Assembly: GCA_963721805.1 (NCBI GenBank)
Contig: CAVRJY010000001.1
Location: 480,001-544,000, forward strand
Length of the DNA: 64,000 nucleotides
From: Nitrospirota bacterium
GTDB taxonomy: Bacteria; Nitrospirota; Thermodesulfovibrionia; Thermodesulfovibrionales; JdFR-86
Reading direction: 5' to 3'
Under the pieces are notes generated by a model. That model was not told the DNA's origin. It made no database searches and saw only the letters and a list, made by a program, of their open reading frames with translations. This document shows positions 60,983 through 64,000 of this stretch, piece by piece; position 1 is the first letter of the stretch, and each line of letters starts with the position of its first letter. The position numbers and the translations under genes are program-made.

Positions 60983-62145
60983 TTTGCTGACAGCCTCCTT
61001 GTGGCCGCGTGCACGAGGCTTGCGTAATACTCGGCCCCGATCTTAAGCGCGGCCTCGTCGAAATCGAACGTGGGGCTGTGGCCCAGCAGCAGGCCCGCGC
61101 CCTTCTTGGCCGCTCCGATGCGCACGAAGCACCCGGGGGCCTCGTGGAGGTAATACGCGAAGTCCTCCCCGCCCATGCTGGGCTTCGGGATCACCCTGAC
61201 GTTGCGCGGCCCGACCAGCTCTCTCGCTGTATCCATGGCGATTTCGAATCCGTCTTCGGAGTTTACGGTGGGCGGGTAGCCCTCGATCACCTTCAGGTCG
61301 GTTTTCACTCTGTGCTGGGCCGCGACGGCACGCACCGTGTCCTTGATCCGCTTAAGAAGCTCACGCCGGGTCTCGGCGTCGGTCGTCCTTAAGGTGCCTT
61401 CTAGGTACGCCTTTTCGGCGATGATGTTGTGCGCAGTCCCGGCATGGAGGCTTCCTATCGTGAGCACCGAGGGTTCGAGCGGGTCGGCCCCGCGCGATAT
61501 CACGCCCTGCAGCGCCACGACGAGCGAGCTTGCGGCGTATACCGCGTCGAGCGCCTCATGGGGTCGCGCGGCATGGCCGCCCTTGCCCTGAATGCTTATA
61601 TGGAGCGCGTCGGTGTATGCGCTCTCGATGCCGTGCCTGAGAGCGATCACCCCGGTGGGCAGGTTCGGCTCAAGGTGGCCGCCGAAGACCATGTCCACGC
61701 CGTCCATCGCGCCGTCGCGTATGAGCGCCTGAGCGCCGCCCTCGCTTTCCTCCGCCGGCTGAAACATCAGCACCGTGCGGCAGCGAGCGGGGTTCTTTAT
61801 AAGCAATGCAGCCGCGCCGAGGACTATCGCAATATGTCCGTCGTGACCGCACGCGTGCATCACTCCCCTGTATCGGGATGCGAAAGCAAGCCCCGTTGCC
61901 TCCACTATGGGAAGCGCGTCGATGTCCGCGCGCAGCGCTATCGCCGGGACGCCTTTCCCCGCATCCCCAAACCGCCCCACCACGCCGGTTTGGGCCACGG
62001 CCCCGGCGCCGATGCCGAGGCGCCCGAGTTCCGCCTTGATGAGGGCTGACGTGCGCGCTTCCTTGTATCCCAGCTCGGGGTTGCGGTGCACGTCGCGCCT
62101 GATCGAGGTGATGTGTTTCAGGAGCTTGCCGTCCATGCGTATCAT
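60979..62145 (-). CDS. M20D amidohydrolase
   Basis: LRADIDALP, HACGHD, FQPAEE, GEDF. Confidence 0.92.
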   Translation of the reverse strand: MIRMDGKLLKHITSIRRDVHRNPELGYKEARTSALIKAELGRLGIGAGAVAQTGVVGRFGDAGKGVPAIALRADIDALPIVEATGLAFASRYRGVMHACGHDGHIAIVLGAAALLIKNPARCRTVLMFQPAEESEGGAQALIRDGAMDGVDMVFGGHLEPNLPTGVIALRHGIESAYTDALHISIQGKGGHAARPHEALDAVYAASSLVVALQGVISRGADPLEPSVLTIGSLHAGTAHNIIAEKAYLEGTLRTTDAETRRELLKRIKDTVRAVAAQHRVKTDLKVIEGYPPTVNSEDGFEIAMDTARELVGPRNVRVIPKPSMGGEDFAYYLHEAPGCFVRIGAAKKGAGLLLGHSPTFDFDEAALKIGAEYYASLVHAATRRLSAK

Positions 62146-62245
62146 GCGATAGAGTTTATCATAACGCGCCGGGGCCTTTGCCCATGCCAGACGGGCCGGG
62201 TTTCTATTTATAGTTTTAATCGACCGATAAAAGGCCTGATTTCCC

Positions 62246-62273
62246 TTGACTCAGCTTGCGGCGCTGTGATACT
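62246..62273 (+). promoter_or_regulatory. Candidate sigma70 promoter of the atp operon
   Basis: TTGACT-16nt-GATACT upstream of atpF'. Confidence 0.45.
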
Positions 62274-62335
62274 CTCAACACGTCTTTGCGGCGATACCGC
62301 GTACTCTACGCAGGTTTTTATCGAAGGGGAGAACA

Positions 62336-62755
62336 ATGCTGGAATTCAATCATTGGTTTTTTGTCCTGCTCGCGAACTTCCTCGTCCTGCTCTTTGTCCT
62401 GAATAAAATCCTCTTCCAGCCCCTGCTCGGAACTTTCAAGGAGCGCGAGGCCTCCACAAAGGGTTTTATGGACAACGCGCGCACGATGGAAGCCGAGAAG
62501 GAATCAGCCATAGCGGGTATGAGGAGCCGGTTCGCCGAGGCAGGCAAACAGGCCCGGAAGGAGTTCGAGGCGCTCAAGTCCGAGGGCCTCGACAACCAGC
62601 GCGCCCAGATGGCCGAGGCCGCAAAGCAGGCCGCGGCGACGATCGAGCGCGCACGCGCCGAGATCGAGTCCGATGCAGCCAAGGCCCGCCAGGCCCTGCA
62701 GGGCGAGGTCGTGAAGCTCTCGGCCGAGATTTCGCTCAAGGTCGCGGGAGTCTAA
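62336..62755 (+). CDS. ATP synthase F0 subunit b'
   Basis: NFLVLLFVLNKILFQP.. coiled coil; first gene of the atp cluster. Confidence 0.88.
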   Translation: MLEFNHWFFVLLANFLVLLFVLNKILFQPLLGTFKEREASTKGFMDNARTMEAEKESAIAGMRSRFAEAGKQARKEFEALKSEGLDNQRAQMAEAAKQAAATIERARAEIESDAAKARQALQGEVVKLSAEISLKVAGV

Positions 62756-62760
62756 CTGCA

Positions 62761-63348
62761 ATGATAAAGAGAGAAAACATAAAGTATATGGCTTACGGCT
62801 TCGCCTCTACGCTCACGCTCGTGGCGGCCAAGACCGCGTTTGCGGCCGAAGGCGCCGAGGAGGGCGGCGCGAGATAATGGTGTACGTCTGGCAGATCCTG
62901 AACTTCGCGATACTGGTCGTGGCCCTCGTCTACTTCGGCAAGAAGCCCCTGGCCAGCTACCTCGCCGAGCGCACCGCGACGATCAAGAAGAGCCTCGACG
63001 AGGCCCGCTAGGCCCGCGAACTAGCCCAGAAAGCACTCGACGAGGTGAAGGACCGCTTAAAGACCGTCGACAGCGAGGTCGCCGAGATGATCGCCGCCTC
63101 CAAGGCCTCCGGCGAGCGCGAGCGCGACCCAGCTCATCGAGGACGGCAAGGCGCTGAGCGCCCGCATCCTGGAGCAGGCCAAGGCCAATATCGATTTCGA
63201 GGTCAAGCGCGCCAAGGACGCCATCCGCGACGAGGCCGTACGCACGACGATGGACCTGGTCGAGAAGCACATATCCGAGAAGCTCTCGGAAAAGGAGCGC
63301 AAGTCGCTCCTCGAAGAGGCGCTCGTTAAGATGGAGGGCAGGAATTGA
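62761..63348 (+). CDS. atpF: ATP synthase F0 subunit b; disrupted by apparent errors (indels near 62872 and 63128, TAG at 63009-63011)
   Basis: WQILNFAILVVALVYFGKKPLASYLAERTATIKKSLDEA and IDFEVKRAKDAIRDEA in successive frames. Confidence 0.85.
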
Positions 63349-63884
63349 AGCCCGTAAAGCACGCACGCAAGTACGCCAAGATGTACCTTAACGCCGTCGG
63401 GATGGACGCCGCGCCCAAGGCCCTCAAGGACCTCGAGGCCGCGCGCGACCTGATGGAGAAGGCCCCGGAGTTCCGGCGGCTGATGCTCAGCCCGATCTTC
63501 ACCGAGAAGGAGCGCGCCGAAGCGCTCGCGGCCGTGGCCGCGAAGCTCGGTATGCAGGCCGAGACCGTAAAGTTCCTCAAATTCCTGGGCGATAAGGGCG
63601 CGGCGCACGGGCTTGCAATAATCACCGCCAAGGCCAGCGCGATGTACGCCGAGAGCAAGAGCGTGGTGAAGGCCACCGTAGTGACCCCGGCCGCGATTGG
63701 CACCGAGTACGGCGCACGCCTCACGGTCGCGCTTAAAAATATGACAGGCAGGGATGTCGATATCGAATACGCCACGGACCCGTCGCTGCTGGGCGGAGTG
63801 CTCGTTAAGGTCGGCAGCACGATGTACGACGGCACCGTAAAGGGACAACTGAGAATCCTTCGGGATGAGCTTCTAAAGGGGTGA
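63345..63884 (+). CDS. atpH: ATP synthase delta subunit
   Basis: ARKYAK, DPSLLGGVLVKVG..YDGTVKGQL. Confidence 0.93.
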   Translation: MKPVKHARKYAKMYLNAVGMDAAPKALKDLEAARDLMEKAPEFRRLMLSPIFTEKERAEALAAVAAKLGMQAETVKFLKFLGDKGAAHGLAIITAKASAMYAESKSVVKATVVTPAAIGTEYGARLTVALKNMTGRDVDIEYATDPSLLGGVLVKVGSTMYDGTVKGQLRILRDELLKG

Positions 63885-63890
63885 TAACGA

Positions 63891-64000
63891 ATGGACATTA
63901 AGGTCGAAGAAATTAGCGCGTTGCTCAGAAAACAGATCATGGACTTCGAAAAGCGGGTCGACGTCAGCGAGGTTGGCACTGTCATCTCGGTCGGCGACGG
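63891..64000 (+). CDS. atpA: ATP synthase alpha subunit (partial, 5' end)
   Basis: [16 protein letters not shown]...[10 protein letters not shown]. Confidence 0.93.
   Translation, partial: MDIKVEEISALLRKQIMDFEKRVDVSEVGTVISVGD

Noticed and set aside
63009..63011. In-frame TAG in atpF as pyrrolysine or recoding
   Set aside because: Non-catalytic coiled-coil position flanked by two indels in the same gene, and TAG is used as a normal stop elsewhere in the window; most likely a base-call error.

Overview
GC-rich bacterial chromosomal window. Gene content (TrpB2, kdsB-pyrG-kdsA-kdsD-kdsC-pgsA-plsY, multiheme cytochromes, protein-only RNase P, split atpF'/atpF) suggests an anaerobic Nitrospirota/Deltaproteobacteria-like organism; this is inference. 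Most of the window is housekeeping. Notable items not explained by the ORF track: (1) Eleven copies of a ~125-bp nested-hairpin repeat with compensatory base changes, all within the first 33.3 kb. Some carry a ~350-bp extension (30-bp AT-core palindrome, ATCCGAAC iteron-like repeats, CGCGCG tract). In three places an inverted pair of copies brackets AT-rich accessory cargo: a small selenoprotein gene, a DUF4160/DUF2442 pair plus HNH nuclease, and a three-gene orphan cassette. No transposase or integrase is present. (2) Three selenoprotein genes with in-frame UGA and a downstream SECIS-like hairpin: a dual-CXXC small protein, a BFD/CopZ-like [2Fe-2S] protein and a membrane-anchored MsrA. (3) A nine-heme HAO-like cytochrome paired with a beta-propeller protein, both ending in SHOCT-like tails. 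(4) Two further missed small genes (triheme cytochrome, bS22-like), many apparently leaderless genes, and a 77-bp tandem duplication. Clustered frameshifts in essential genes (21.8-29.9 kb, 62.8-63.2 kb) are most likely sequencing errors.
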